Source: Hypanus sabinus (Eukaryota). Taken from it: a DNA stretch of 64,000 nt. The first letter of the stretch is position 1. Every line of letters begins with the position of its first letter. The notes beneath the pieces were generated by a model, which made no database searches, had not been told where the DNA came from, and was given only the letters and a program-made list of their open reading frames with translations. Below are positions 38,300 to 50,849 of this stretch, piece by piece. The position numbers and the translations under genes were made by a program. Where the stretch lies: positions 15,686,001-15,750,000 of the forward strand of contig NC_082730.1 of NCBI RefSeq assembly GCF_030144855.1, given 5' to 3'.

Positions 38300-38858
38300 A
38301 CAAGTCGTCGAGTCACTTTTTATTGTCATTTTGACCATAACTGCTGGTACAGTACATAGTAAAAATGAGACAACGTTTTTTCAGGACCATGGTGTTACAT
38401 GACACAGTACAAAAACTAGACTGAACTACGTATAAAAACAACACAGAAAGAAGAATCTACACTAGACTACAGACCTACCCAGGACTGCATAAAGTGCACA
38501 AAACAGTGCAAGCATTACAATAAATAATAAACAAGGCAATAGGGCAGTAAGATGTCAATACCAGTCTGGGTATTGAGGAGTTTGATAGCTTGGGGGAAGA
38601 AACTGTTACATAGTCTGGTCATGAGAGCCCGAATGCTTCGGAGCCTTTTCCTAGACAGCAGGAGGGAGAAGAGTTTGTATGAGGGGTGCGTGGGGTCCTT
38701 CATAATGCTATTTGCTTTGCGGATACAGCGTGTAGTGTAAATGTCCATAATGGCGGGAAGAGAGACCCCGATGATCTTCTCAGCTGACCTCACTATCCGC
38801 TGCATGGTCTTGCGATCCAAGAAGGTGCAATTTCCAAACCAGGCAGTGACGCAGCTGC
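38300..38858 (-). mobile_element. Rex1/Babar LINE 3' fragment nested in the sushi integrase
   Basis: CVTAWFGNC...RIVRSAEKIIG...RCIRKANSIMKDPTHP...TRLCNSFFPQAIKLLN; interrupts the integrase ...STC|TVC motif. Confidence 0.85.
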
Positions 38859-39343
38859 GCAGGTGGATACAAAGGAGCAAGTGACAGCATCTATAGTGGG
38901 CCACCAGAAATGTTGCTAGAAAAGGGACAGGGTTTGACCGATTCCAGGATGGCAGGTGAACCGGGAAGTATGCCCCCACTGGAAAACCTGAGAACGGACA
39001 GAGTCAGGCACAAAGGGACAATTACCTGGGTCAGGTTGAGTCCATTGGACCTCTCTAACCACAGACTCGATCTCCCAAGTGAGGGCAGCCATGCACAGGA
39101 TGGTGGAAAGATGGTATCAGGATTGGAAGGGTCCTCCTCGGAGATATACTGATCAGACAGAGCATCGGGCTTCACGTTCCTGGAACCAGGATGGTAGGTG
39201 AGGGTGAAATTGAAGCAGCCAAAAGACAGTGCCCAACGGGCTTGGCGGGTGTTAAGGCATTTAGCTGTCTGAATGTATGCCAGGTTCTCATGATCTGTCC
39301 AAACGATGAATGGGTGTTCTGCTCCCTCCAGCCAGTGGCTCTA

Positions 39344-39511
<168 letters not shown>

Positions 39512-40048
39512 CTATGAACTGGCGAGATGGGTTAGGCTGGACCAGGATGGGAGCGGAGGTGAAAAGCCTCTTAAGCTCTGAGAAGGCTGAGTCTGCTTCG
39601 GGAGTCCAGTGGAAGGAGGTCGCAGGAGAGTGAGCTGAGTAAGGGGCGCTGCCACCCGGCTGAAGTCCCTATGAAGCGACAGTAGGAATTGGTGAATCCT
39701 AGAAATTGCTGGACTTGTTCAAGCATCTTCAGTTTGGGCCACTCTGCCACCACCCGGATCTTTTCGAGATCTGCCCTCACCTGCCCACTCTCAATGATGT
39801 ACCCCAGGAAACTGACGGAACGGGCATGGAATTCGCATTTCTCAGCCTTAATAAATAGTTTGTTCTCCAAAAGCCTCTGAAGAATCTGGCGGACATGGTG
39901 CGTGTGCTCCTGGAGGTTACAGGAGAAGATTAGGATATCGTCCAGATAAACGAAAACAAATCAGTTGATAAAGTCCCTATGGATGTTGTTGACCAGAGTC
40001 TGGAACACTGCGGGAGTGTTGGTCAAGCCAAAAGGCATTGACCAACTA

Positions 40049-40634
40049 CAGTTGGCCCTGGTGTAGATTATCTTGGATCGGAATAAAAAAAACAGAAGTT
40101 TTCTTACCAAGTAAGTCGGAATACGTACATCTGGTATTATTTAGTGGCAGTTAGTCAAATGTTTGTCTTAGTATGGTAAAATATGGACTATATACTATGT
40201 ATAATAAAACACTTAAGAAACATATGTATTTCAATAATTAAACCACTGTGTTGCTTAGCAATAATTGTAGCTTTCATCGGGGCAGGGCCTTTCTCACTTT
40301 CTCCTTTAAAACTGTTCTGATCATTGACCGACTGTAGCCTAATGCTTTTCCAATGGCCAACGGCGTTTCACCTTTTTCTGATCGCTTTATTTCCACTTTA
40401 TTTTCAATTGTGATCGTGATTACTTTCGTGAACAGAAACACTGCAAATTCAGAGCTCCACCGCCGGGTCCTAATGTCCACCGCACTGAGACTGATTAAAT
40501 AAAGTCCGGGATTCCGCTGGGTCCTAAAAACCACCTCACTGAGACAGGTTAAATAAGGGACTTGAGCATCTGCGGTTTTTGGTATCCGCAAGGGGTTCTG
40601 GAACCAATTCCTCGTGGATAAGGAGGGCCGACTG
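40049..40634 (-). mobile_element. Tigger/pogo-type DNA transposon (deleted) nested in the sushi RT
   Basis: TIRs cagttggccct / agggccgactg, TA duplication on both sides, N-terminal HTH ITIENKVEIKRSEKGETPLAIGKALGYSRS. Confidence 0.88.
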
Positions 40635-43439
40635 TATTCAAAATGGTCAAGGGGGTGTTAAAGGCTGTCTTCCATCCATCTCCCTCCCTTATCCTGACCA
40701 GGTGACAGGCATTCCACAAGTCCAATTTAGTGAAAACTAGGGCTCCGTGAAGGGGCTCGAATGCAGAGCTGACAAGGCGCAAGGGATACTTATTCTTTAT
40801 AGTAATGTTGTTCAGGCAACAGTAGTCGATGCATGGGTGTAGTGAACTGTCTGTTGGTTTCCGGAGAGAAGGAGAAGCGGGGTTCCATGCAGTGCATGAC
40901 TTGGGCCAGGAGTCTACCGTCTAGTGCCTGAGCATCCAGGGGATACACAAAGGCTCACGAGGAATACCGACTTGGAGGGCTAGATTTTCATCCATGAAGT
41001 TTCCCTCTGCGCCGGAGTCCACTAGCGCTTGCAGAGGCAACGGCTGTTGGTTGTAACACAGAGTGGCTTGAAGCTGCATCCAGGGTTGGGGGATGAAAGG
41101 GAAGGTTTTCTGGCTCACCAGAGTCCCCCCGCTACTGGTGAGAACTCCCTTTTGGCCAAAGGGGGCAGGAGACAAGGAAGTGGCCAGACTGACCGCAATA
41201 TAGATACTTGCCTGCTCATTCTCCGGAGATGTTCAGCGGGAGAAAGCTGGGTCCACCCCAGCTGTATGGGTTCCTCTCCCAGAGCGGTCAAAGTGGCACT
41301 GCTGGGAGCTACTTGGGGTGCAGAAGGAGGAGAGAAGCTTGCTCTGGCAGGAGGCGGCAAAGAATGTCGAGAACTGGCCAAAGGTGGTGGACGACCAGTT
41401 CTCTCTCTATGGCGCTCTCGGAGGCGATTGTCCAACTGGGTGGCCAGGGAGATCAGGTAATCCAGAGTGTCAGCATTGTTTCTCGCAGCCAACTCATCCT
41501 TCACCAGGATGCTGAGTCCATTCAGAAATACCCCCTGGAGTGACTCATCGTTCTACCCCAAGTTGGCTGCTAACATCCTGAACTCCACTGAATATTCAGC
41601 AACACTGCAGAAGCCCTGAATGAGTAGGCACTTGGCGTCTTTATCACGGACGGGGTGATCGAAGACTTTTCTCTTCTCCACAATAAAACTGGCAAAGGAG
41701 GAGCAGATATCCAGTTGGTTGTCCCAAACTGCTGTGGCCCACGCTAATTTGCTCCCCCGTAACAACCCCATGACATAAGGAATTTTAGACTTATCTGTGG
41801 AGTAAGTCAACAACTGCTGTTCAAACACCAGGGAGCACTGAAGGAGGAAACCCTGGAACTTCCCCAAATCTCCCACGATCTACTCCGGCTCTGGTACATG
41901 AGGATCTCTGAGCGGGGGTGTTGGTGCAGTTTGGGGGGGTGGGGTTGCCACTACAGGCTGTCTGGGCTGGCTAAGCTGGGTTCCAGGAGTGGGTTGAGTG
42001 ATATGATTGGAGACCTAGTCCAGCTGGTTACCGATCTGCGTGACGTGAGCAGACAGGGAATGGAGATTCTCCATTCCCTCCTGGAGGAGTTGGTTGTGCT
42101 GTCCCAATAGGGAACCCTGGCTGGCGAAGGCTTGTTGAATGGTGTTGTGTCCGTTGGGTCCATGGTGGCCAGATTGTTCTGATGCACAGAATGGGTGAAC
42201 CCAAAGCACAGAACACTGGCACGAAGATAGAGTCGGGATGCAGACGAGGGCGTGAGCGTGGCTGGAGCTGAAAGGCAACCAGGAGAATGAACAGAAAGGC
42301 AGGCAGCAGGCAATACTTATCTTGACATGGAGAGACAGAGTTAACACAGGCAAATCTCAGTACTGAAACAAAACTTAGAATACACAATCCTAAGCAGCCG
42401 GGAACGTGAATTACCACACTGGATGAAACAACGATCTGGCATTGAGTGGATGCAAAGCCGGGGTATTTATGCTGCAGGTTTAGATGAGAATCAGGTATGC
42501 CGCAATCAAGGAGACCGGGAGAACACAGGAAAAGCGAATTAGGAGACTATGAGGAATCAACGATCTGGACCGTGACACTTAACAGTTGTCTTTTGTTTAA
42601 ACTTTAAATAAACGATTGAAAGAATCAAACTTTTTCACTCTATTGAACTACTAAAAGAACTTAGTGTTTGTTAATAGTAACCCCTGATGTTAGTAAGTAG
42701 TTTATCCATTTGGTGTAGTTGAGAATGAAACTTCATGCATCTCAATAGATCACATTCAATCTCTGGGATTTTCTTAAAGCAGTCAAAACCAAAGAAGCAA
42801 GATTAGGCCATCTGGCCCATCAAGTCTGCTCTACCATTCCATCATAGCCGTTTTATTATTGCTCTCAACCCTATTCTCTTGCCTTCCCCCATAACTTTGA
42901 TGCCCTGAATAATCAAGAACCTATCAACCTCCCCTGTATGTCTATCCAATAACCTGACCTCCACATTCACTCTATCCAGGTCATTCAATGTGTACTTTGA
43001 TAAAAAATTTACTTTAGACTTTGAACTAGAAGCAGAAGTAGGTGATACACCACCTCAGTTGGTTTTCAAAGAAGGTGCTAAAAACCCAAAAGTAAAACAG
43101 CAGGCTAGAAACATTCAATAGTAGCATTCCTCCATATGAGGCATATGTTCTTCTCTATAATTACATCATCTGTCTATGAGATTCATGGAGGAACATGATT
43201 AAAGGAGGTTGTGTGCTTTTTTTCCTCCTCTACTGGTTTATTTGATCTTCAACTAATTATTCTAAACAAGTAAGTAAAACCATGTCACACAATTGAAATG
43301 CTGTTCATTCTCCTGAATGGCATTAGATTTCCAAATCTGTTCTATCTTGTCATCTCTGGTTAGGACAAAATTCCAATGCACAACACACCAGTTTCAACAA
43401 AGAATTCATTTGTAATTGACTGCCATAAAATAGGTGAGA

Positions 43440-43700
43440 TCATAAGGGAAGGAGACCTTTCTCCTATAGTTCATTTTCTTCTCCTATTGGATTCCATCAT
43501 CTTCAGCCCTTGATCTTTCCCACCCACCTGCTTCAGTTACCATCTTCTAGCTAGCCTGTTTCCCCTCCACCTGCCCTACCTTTTTATTCTGGTATCATCC
43601 CCCTTCTCACTCCTGAAGAAGGACCTCAGCTTGAAATGTCAACTACCATTTCCATAGACATGGCCTGACTTGCTGAGTTACTCTAGGATTTTGTGTGTTT
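43440..43700 (+). mobile_element. Penelope-like element 3' and terminal-repeat fragment
   Basis: Pyrimidine-rich tract plus terminal repeat homologous to 49330-49700. Confidence 0.65.
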
Positions 43701-43883
43701 TAGTTAGAATTCACATAGTTGTGCTTGCAAAGATCAGGCCAGTACTTATTAGCTGTCACCTGGCTGTCAACTCTCAGATTTGTTCGTACAGTAGATTAAA
43801 TGAGGAAACATTATCAGGCCCTCAAATCACAAGAATTTAATTAATGTTGACTCAAAGGACATTTATTAAGTGAATACAATGTA

Positions 43884-43990
43884 TTGTTACGTACCCTGTA
43901 ACTGGGTGTCTAACCAGCAGAGAAAGAAGAATCCGTTGGAGTCTGGTGGTACTATATTCAAAAGTGTTTATTCAACCTGTGGTATGCTAT
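43884..43990 (-). mobile_element. LTR U5 fragment related to the Gmr1-type LTR at 6390-7134
   Basis: tgttacgtaccctgtaac...aaccagcagag...ttggagtctgg aligns to the reverse complement of 7050-7134. Confidence 0.75.
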
Positions 43991-43991
43991 C

Positions 43992-45535
43992 ACAAAATCT
44001 GTGATATGTTAATTCACATGAACCTTTATTTAACTGACAAAAGTACAAAGAAAAGATTTTCAATAGTTTTACTGACCAACTTTGTAAATATACACAAATT
44101 TAGAATTTGATGGCTGCAACACACTCTACAAAAGTTGGGACAGAGTTAAAATAAGATTGTAAAGTGCACAGAATATTCAAATAACACCGGTTTGGAAGTC
44201 TCCACATTAAGCAGGCTAATTGGTAGCAGGTGAGGTATCATGTCTGGGTATAAAAGCAGCGTCCGTCAAAGGCTCAGTCTTTGCAAGCAAGGATGGGTCG
44301 TGGCTCACCCCTTTGTGCCAAAATTCGTGAGAGAATTGTTAGTCAGTTCAAAAGGAACATTTCCCAACACAAGATTGCAGAGAATTTAGGTCTTTCAACA
44401 TCTACAGTACATAATATTGTGAAAAGATTCAGAGAACTCAGAGACATCTCAGTGTGTAAAGGACAAGGTTGGAAACCACTATTGAATGCATGTGATCTTC
44501 GAGCCCTCAGGCAGCACTGCCTAAGAAACCATCATGCTACTGTGACAATTATAGCCACTTGGGCTCAGGAGTACTTCAGAAAACCATTGTCACTTAACAC
44601 AGTCCATCGCTGCATCCAGAAATGCAACCTGAAACTGTGTTACGCAAGGAGAAAGCCAAACATCAACTCTATGCAGAAACGCCGGCGAGTTCTCTGGGCC
44701 CGAGCTCATCTCGGATGGACCGAAAGACTATGGAACTGTGTGCTGTGGTCAGATGAGTCCACATTTCAGCTAGTTTTTGGAAAAAATGGGTGTCGAGTAC
44801 TCAGTGCCAAAGATGAAAATGACCATCCTGATTGCTATCAGCGAAAGGTGCAAAAGCCAGCATCTGTGATGGTATGGGGGTGCATCAGTGCCCACAGCAT
44901 GGGTGAGTTGCATGTATGTGAAGGTACCATTGACTCTGAGGCGTATATTAGGATTTTAGAGAGACATATGTTGCCATCAAGGCGACGTCTCTTCCCGGGA
45001 CGTCCATGCTTATTTCAGCAGGACAATGCCAGAGCGCATTCTGCACGGGCTACAACAGCATGGCTTTGTAGACACAGAGTGTGTGTGCTTGACTGGCCTG
45101 CTGCTAGTCCAGATCTATCTCCTGTTGAAAATGTATGGCGTATCATGAAGAGGAGAATCAGACAACGGAGACCACGGACTGTTGAGCAGCTGAATTCTTA
45201 TATCAAGCAAGAATGGACAAAATTTCCAATTGCAAATCTACTACAATTAGTATCCTCCGTTCCAAGACGATTAAAAAGTGATATTAAAAGGAAAGTTGAT
45301 GTAACACAATGGTAAACATGCCTCTGTCCCAACTTTTGTTGAGTGTGTTGCAGCCATCAAATTCTAAATTTGTGTATATTTACAAAATATAATTAAGTTG
45401 GTCAGTAAAACTATTGAAAATCTTTTCTTTGTACTTTTGTCAGTTAAATAAAGGTTTACGTGAATTAACATATCACAGATTTTTGTTTTTATTGCATTTT
45501 GGAAAATATCCCAACTTTTCTGGAAATGGGGTTTG
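43992..45535 (+). mobile_element. Tc1 DNA transposon, IR/DR type, left TIR truncated
   Basis: Right TIR of about 215 bp ends ggggtttg|TA; left TIR matches except for the missing outer ~45 bp. Confidence 0.95.
44293..45315 (+). CDS. Intact Tc1 transposase (DD34E, 340 aa)
   Basis: MGRGSPL..., paired-like HTH, WSDES, FQQDNA + 34 aa + E in SPDLSPVENVW; no stops; tataaaa at 44249. Confidence 0.95.
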   Translation: MGRGSPLCAKIRERIVSQFKRNISQHKIAENLGLSTSTVHNIVKRFRELRDISVCKGQGWKPLLNACDLRALRQHCLRNHHATVTIIATWAQEYFRKPLSLNTVHRCIQKCNLKLCYARRKPNINSMQKRRRVLWARAHLGWTERLWNCVLWSDESTFQLVFGKNGCRVLSAKDENDHPDCYQRKVQKPASVMVWGCISAHSMGELHVCEGTIDSEAYIRILERHMLPSRRRLFPGRPCLFQQDNARAHSARATTAWLCRHRVCVLDWPAASPDLSPVENVWRIMKRRIRQRRPRTVEQLNSYIKQEWTKFPIANLLQLVSSVPRRLKSDIKRKVDVTQW

Positions 45536-45537
45536 TA

Positions 45538-48251
45538 CATATAACCCATAATTATTTAAACAGACAAGGATGCTTAATCAACAAGATATTTGCAATATTA
45601 CTCAGATATTACTGAAATATATGAAATACACAACACTTCTTCCTGCTTAGCTATAAATTCCAACTTAATATAGAATGCATCTCAACTATATAATCAGTAT
45701 ATTATATAATAACACTACTGTACACAGATATCAATGGCATAGTAATTTTTAATTTATCCCATTCAGGCTTAAAGATTAAATCACTGTGGAGGATGTCTTG
45801 CTTTTGTGAGATAATGTCTTTCTTGATAAAGGAGGTCAACCTGCTTAGCAGGTGAGACATGGCTGTGAAAACAATCTGAGGTTCTGAAGCCTCCTCCTTG
45901 GTGGTTGTAGGAGTTGATTCTGAGACTGCAGGAAATGGTTCTGACAGCTCTGGACACCTACCTTCTTCCTTTTTCAGCTTCTAGCTTGCGTACCTTGTTC
46001 TTGGGAGGGTGCATTTAATTCACTAGTATGATCTTATTAATCTTTCTATTGCTCCCTTTCTGATCCGATCTCTTCTCTTGGTTTCCTGATCCACAACATC
46101 ATCTGATGAATCCTCTGTTTTCATATTTCTCTTTCTTTTTGGCCTTCCATCCATCCAGCTGGGCTTTGGTCATTGCAGCTGCTTTTGCAAACACCTTTTA
46201 GTCTTCTACTTAATGCACGCAGAATAGGTTCTGTTTTATACTCACAAAAGCCGAATGCTTGCAACTTTCCTGAAGCTCCCTGAACTCTCTTCCAGCTGCC
46301 AACTAACATAGCAGAAGCTATCTCAGATAAGGTGACTACAAAAAATGTTGTAGTTGGCAATGCTTTCATCACTTTCACAATTCCTCTGAGCAGCATGGTC
46401 CCTCCTTGGTCCAATATGCTTTCCATCCAGTGGCACAGAGATTGGCACCAACATGTTTGTCCTCTTGGGTTCATGGTGTTCGACATAAAGACAGTTGTGA
46501 CAGCATCTAGTATCTTATTTAATTCACTTTCATTTGACTTGATTGCAGGGGATGTGGCATGCAAATTGTATGGTTATCCTATCAAATTGTAGTTGTCTCA
46601 GCCAATCATGTCCCCACAATGCTGGCCCTTCTGTTTTTACCACATAAGAGCTAAACTTAGTTTGTTGTATTTCACTGTTATGAATGTCATTCCCACAGGA
46701 TTTATTATTTCCTCAGAACAAGCTCTTAATTGAATATCTGCAGACTTCAGTTTAGTATCTTTGAAATACTGTTCAAACTCATTTCCTGGAATGACTGAAA
46801 CTGCTCAACCAGTGTCTAATTCCATTTTAATTAATTTGCTGTTCACTTCTGGTGTCAGCCAAATTGCTTGTCTATTCAAAAACACGAGAAATCTGCAGAT
46901 GTTGGAAATCCAAGCATTACACACAAAATGCTGGAGGAGCTCAGCAGCACCTGTGGAAAAGAGTAAACAGCTGACATTTTGGGCCAAAGCACTTCATTAG
47001 CATTAAGTTCCTCCAGAATTTTCTGTGTATTGCATGCTTGTCTATTGTTAGTTTTCATATAATAAATCTCAAGGCTATACAGTCTTGTGTTAGCCTCATC
47101 ATTATCAGATTCTTCATCAACAGCATGTAGATTAGTGCTCTTTTTGAAATTGCAACTTGACTTTTTATGTTTTTCTCTTCTCCGTGCAGTCCATTTATTT
47201 TTGGCAGCCTGACATTCCCTTTGTATATGTCCTACTTCATTGCATTTTCTGCAAGTTTCACCTTTACAACCACATTTGTTCTGTGAATGGGAGCCCCTGC
47301 CTCAAGAGTACACGATTTGTTCAGCCAAGGCAGTTTCCGTTTAGATGCTGCAATTTTGATCAAGCTCACTTTCATTCCTGACTGCAACTCAATTGTCTAC
47401 CTGTGGCTTCCATTGAAACAGCAGTTTAAACTGTTCTTTTGAATGTAAGTTGGGAACCGTTTTTGAATGCTTTCTTTTAAGATTCCATAAACTAAACAAT
47501 CTCAGTGCATCTGACAATGCTCAGACAATCTCTTCAATTCAGCCAAGTATGCTGAAATGCACTCCCCTTCCTTTTGATTCCACTTATGAATCCTAAAGCA
47601 CTCTGCAATCAGCAATAACTTCAATTCTAAGTATTTGTGCATCACTTTGACAATCTCAGCAAAGTTCATTTCTGATGGTTTGGTTGGAGCAGTCAAACTT
47701 TGAAGCAAACTGTATGCCTTTAAACCCAATGCACTCAGTAAAACTGGCACTCATTTCTCATTGGCTCATTTGCTTCAAAATACTGTTCCAATTGCTCAGT
47801 TTCTGAGCCAATTATATAAACAAGAGAAAATTTGCAGATGCTGGAAATCTGAGCAACACACACAAAATGCTGGATACAGTCCTACTGAAGGGTTTCAGCC
47901 TGAAGCACCGGTGGGACTTTTTTTCCATAGATGCTGTCTGGCCTGCTGTGTTCCTCCAACATTTTGTGTGTCTTACCTAATGTGTAATTAAACTCGTCAA
48001 TCTTTCTGATGTAGTCAAACATTTTTGATTCTTTAATGATTATTATCAACCAATACTCGCTCTTTGAACCTTTAAATCCTTCCTTTCTCTTTATAGATTT
48101 CAGCTTGATATGGCAACTGTTCTACTCTGGACCATTGAAACCTGCAGAGATTGGTAAACACTGCCCAGTCTATCACAGGCTTGTCAATTCCTTCCATACA
48201 AACCCATCTTCATGTTGTGTTGCACTAGGAAGTCTAACAGTATCGTCACCA
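45538..48251 (-). mobile_element. Mag-like Gypsy relic carrying a captured host mRNA fragment
   Basis: PBS-like tggtgacgat 48242-48251; gag from ATG 48022 (PVLLSALGLKAYSLL...NQKEGE); protease MELDTG (DTG at 46808-46816); linker; RBM25 insert; integrase C-terminal tail PELSEP...; PPT 45634-45646; 3' LTR from 45633, cut by the Tc1. Confidence 0.8.
45962..46486 (-). pseudogene. RBM25: Intronless internal fragment of RBM25 (N-terminus, RRM and following region)
   Basis: LVP...GKHIGPRRDH...PTTTFFV...SWKRVQGASGKLQAFGFCEYK...LRAL...DQETKRRDRIRKGAIERLIR..SELNAPSQE matches RBM25 as I recall it; several small deletions and frameshifts. Confidence 0.9.
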
Positions 48252-48979
48252 ATGCCCACCACTCTGGCCATTCCCTTTTCTCTCTTCTATTATCAAGGGC
48301 ATGCTGTATTAGTACCAGAAAGTGAGGCAATAGTTGAGGGATGCACCCAGAGCATCCTTAGGTTCTGTTGGTTGTTAATGCAAACAATGCATTTCACTGT
48401 ATATTTCAATATACATGTGATAAATGAATCTGAATCTGAATAAAAAGACACAGGAGCTTAAAATCTCAGCTACCAGACTCAAGAGCATTTTCTTCACCAC
48501 TGCTGTCAGACTTTTGAACGAATCGTCTCTGTCACAGTCCTTCCTGGTGGTGCTACCAGTTCTCAAACTCTTAATTCGACCTCTTCCGCCATCATCGCTT
48601 CACCATTTCTTTCCGCACAAGTTCAGTTTGCACTGCCATACTTTGAACCGTTCCAGTGTTTAGCACTAGTTGCTGTTCTGTCTTGTGAACATTATGTGAG
48701 CAAGGAATTTCATTGCACCCTGGTGAATTGAAATAAACTAATCTGATCAGATGGATGCCTAGAAATCAGATTTCACCATTATTTGCTGCTGTAACCCTGT
48801 GTGCATTCAGGGGACATTTACAAATGCACTTGTGAACCACTTTTCCTCGTTGTAGTGCACTTTAGTTTTATCAGTGCAGATCTCAATGGAGTCTGCCCAT
48901 GAAAATTGTGGCTGCTGCACCATTATAACTGTATAGATGGCTGCCCTGAAGGAGGGAATATACACAGGGCAGAGAGATC

Positions 48980-49700
48980 CATTCACTCACTGCATCAGGA
49001 CACAAGCCCCATCCCCTGCTATATCACTCACACACCCAGACATATGCTCTGGAGTCAACTATTGTGTCCAATGCAGCCTTCTCTACATTGGTGAGACCCA
49101 TCGGAAATTGGGGGGGGGCCCACTTTGGAGTGCACCTCTGCTCCACCTACCAGAAGTTGACCTGCCCAGTGGCCAAACACTTTAATTCCGATCTCCATTC
49201 CCATTCCAACATGTCGGTCCACGGCCTCCTTTTGAGACTACCCTCAGGGTGGAGGAGCAACAATCTATATTCCATCTGGGTAGCCTCCAACCCAATGGCA
49301 TGAATATCGACTTCTCCTTCTGGTTAAAAAACGCCCCTTCCTTTTTCCTCTATTCCCCCATTTTGACATATTAACACCTCTCACTTGCCTATTACTTCCC
49401 CCGGGTCCCCTCTTCTCTTTCTCCTATGGCCCACTCTCCTCTCCTATTAAATTCCTTTTCCAGCCATTGACCTTTTCCACCCACCCAGCTTCACCAATTA
49501 CCTTCCAGCTTGTCACCTTACCACCCCCCCTCCACCCATGTTTTTATTCTGGCACCTTACCCCTTCCTTCTCAGTCCTGAAGCAGGGTCTCAGCCCAAGA
49601 CGTCAACTGTCTATTCACTTCCACAGATGCCACCTGACCTCCCGAGTTCCTCCAGCATTTTGTATGCGTTGCTTTGGATTTCCAGCATCTGCAGATTTTC
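48980..49700 (+). mobile_element. Penelope-like element: GIY-YIG endonuclease relic plus terminal repeat
   Basis: YCVQCSLLYIGETHRKLG...PVAKHFNS...HSHSNMSVHGL...EEQQSIFHLGSLQPNGMNIDFS. Confidence 0.85.
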
Positions 49701-50849
49701 TGGTGCTTACGATATGCTCAAAATAACCGCAAATCACTGAAAGACTGGATAAAGCATTGAATCTCTGGTGAAAAGCTGTTGCTGGCAGATAGACACACTG
49801 AACTGATCTGTTGCACAAACAAATCAGTAATCCATCAGATTCAATGAGGGAGTGCAAAATGGATCTCCCTTGGGTCACCTACATTCGCACATGTTTACCA
49901 ACATAGTGCAGGATTTGGATACACAAGAGAATGCAGATGTTGCAATCTACAGTAAGAAACAAACTGTTACAGGAACTCAGCAGGTCAGATTGCACCTGTG
50001 GAGGCAAAGAAATGGTTGACATCTTAAGTCAAGACCCTGCATCAGCACTGAGATTTTTAGATGATGTACCTCAAGTTCAAGTTTAATCATTCAACCATAC
50101 ATGAACCTGCATGGATACAACCAAATGAAACAGTGTTCCTCCAGGGTCAAAGTGCAAAACACAACACCAACAGTCATACAAAGCACAAGGAACAAGTAGC
50201 ACATAAAAGATAGCAGTAAACATACAGTCACACAAAAATTATAATAAAGCTCAAGTTCCTAAGTAAAATATCCCATAAAATGATGGTGCATGGGTGTTGT
50301 CAGCAAGGACAAGCAGTTCTCAGCAGTCCACAATCCAGCTTGCATTCCATTGAGTGACCACCAGAGAGCAGCACCAATGGGATGGCCAATCCCAATCCAG
50401 CATAGACATCATGCCATATTGTCTCTGCTGTCTTGCCTCCTGGACTGCTGCAACAGGGAAGCCTGAGACCAAGTCATTGCTACAACCAAGGCCACGTAAC
50501 TCCCATGCCATTGGTCTTTCCAACAAACCAGTAAATTGAACTTGCAGTATCTTACATTACCAGTATCCAACAGTGTCTTGTGTTCATAAGAAAAATGTTC
50601 AAGACAATCACTCTCAGTTAGTCTGAACACCTCCTTTGTGCATTGACTCCAACCCCTTTTTGCAGCACACTGCAACATGGTCCACACCAAGTCTAGCTCC
50701 CCAACTAGTAACTCACTGAGGTAGGCCTCAAGTAATTGAAGTTCTAAATGCCCAGTATTGCCTTACAATTGTAAAAGAGGCATTTATATAATACAAAAAG
50801 ACCTTTGGTTGGCCCCAGAGGGGCTGCTGCATCCGAGCATGGCATTGTC

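Noticed and set aside
42015-42417. Hydrophobic minus-strand ORFs of 112-129 aa, and the similar one at 37208-37537
   Set aside because: Read-through of LTR sequence into gag; duplicated because they are the two LTRs.
46121-46564. 147-aa ORF as a functional Gypsy-RBM25 fusion protein
   Set aside because: It drifts in and out of the RBM25 frame and the RRM has internal deletions; the DNA chimera is real but this ORF looks accidental.
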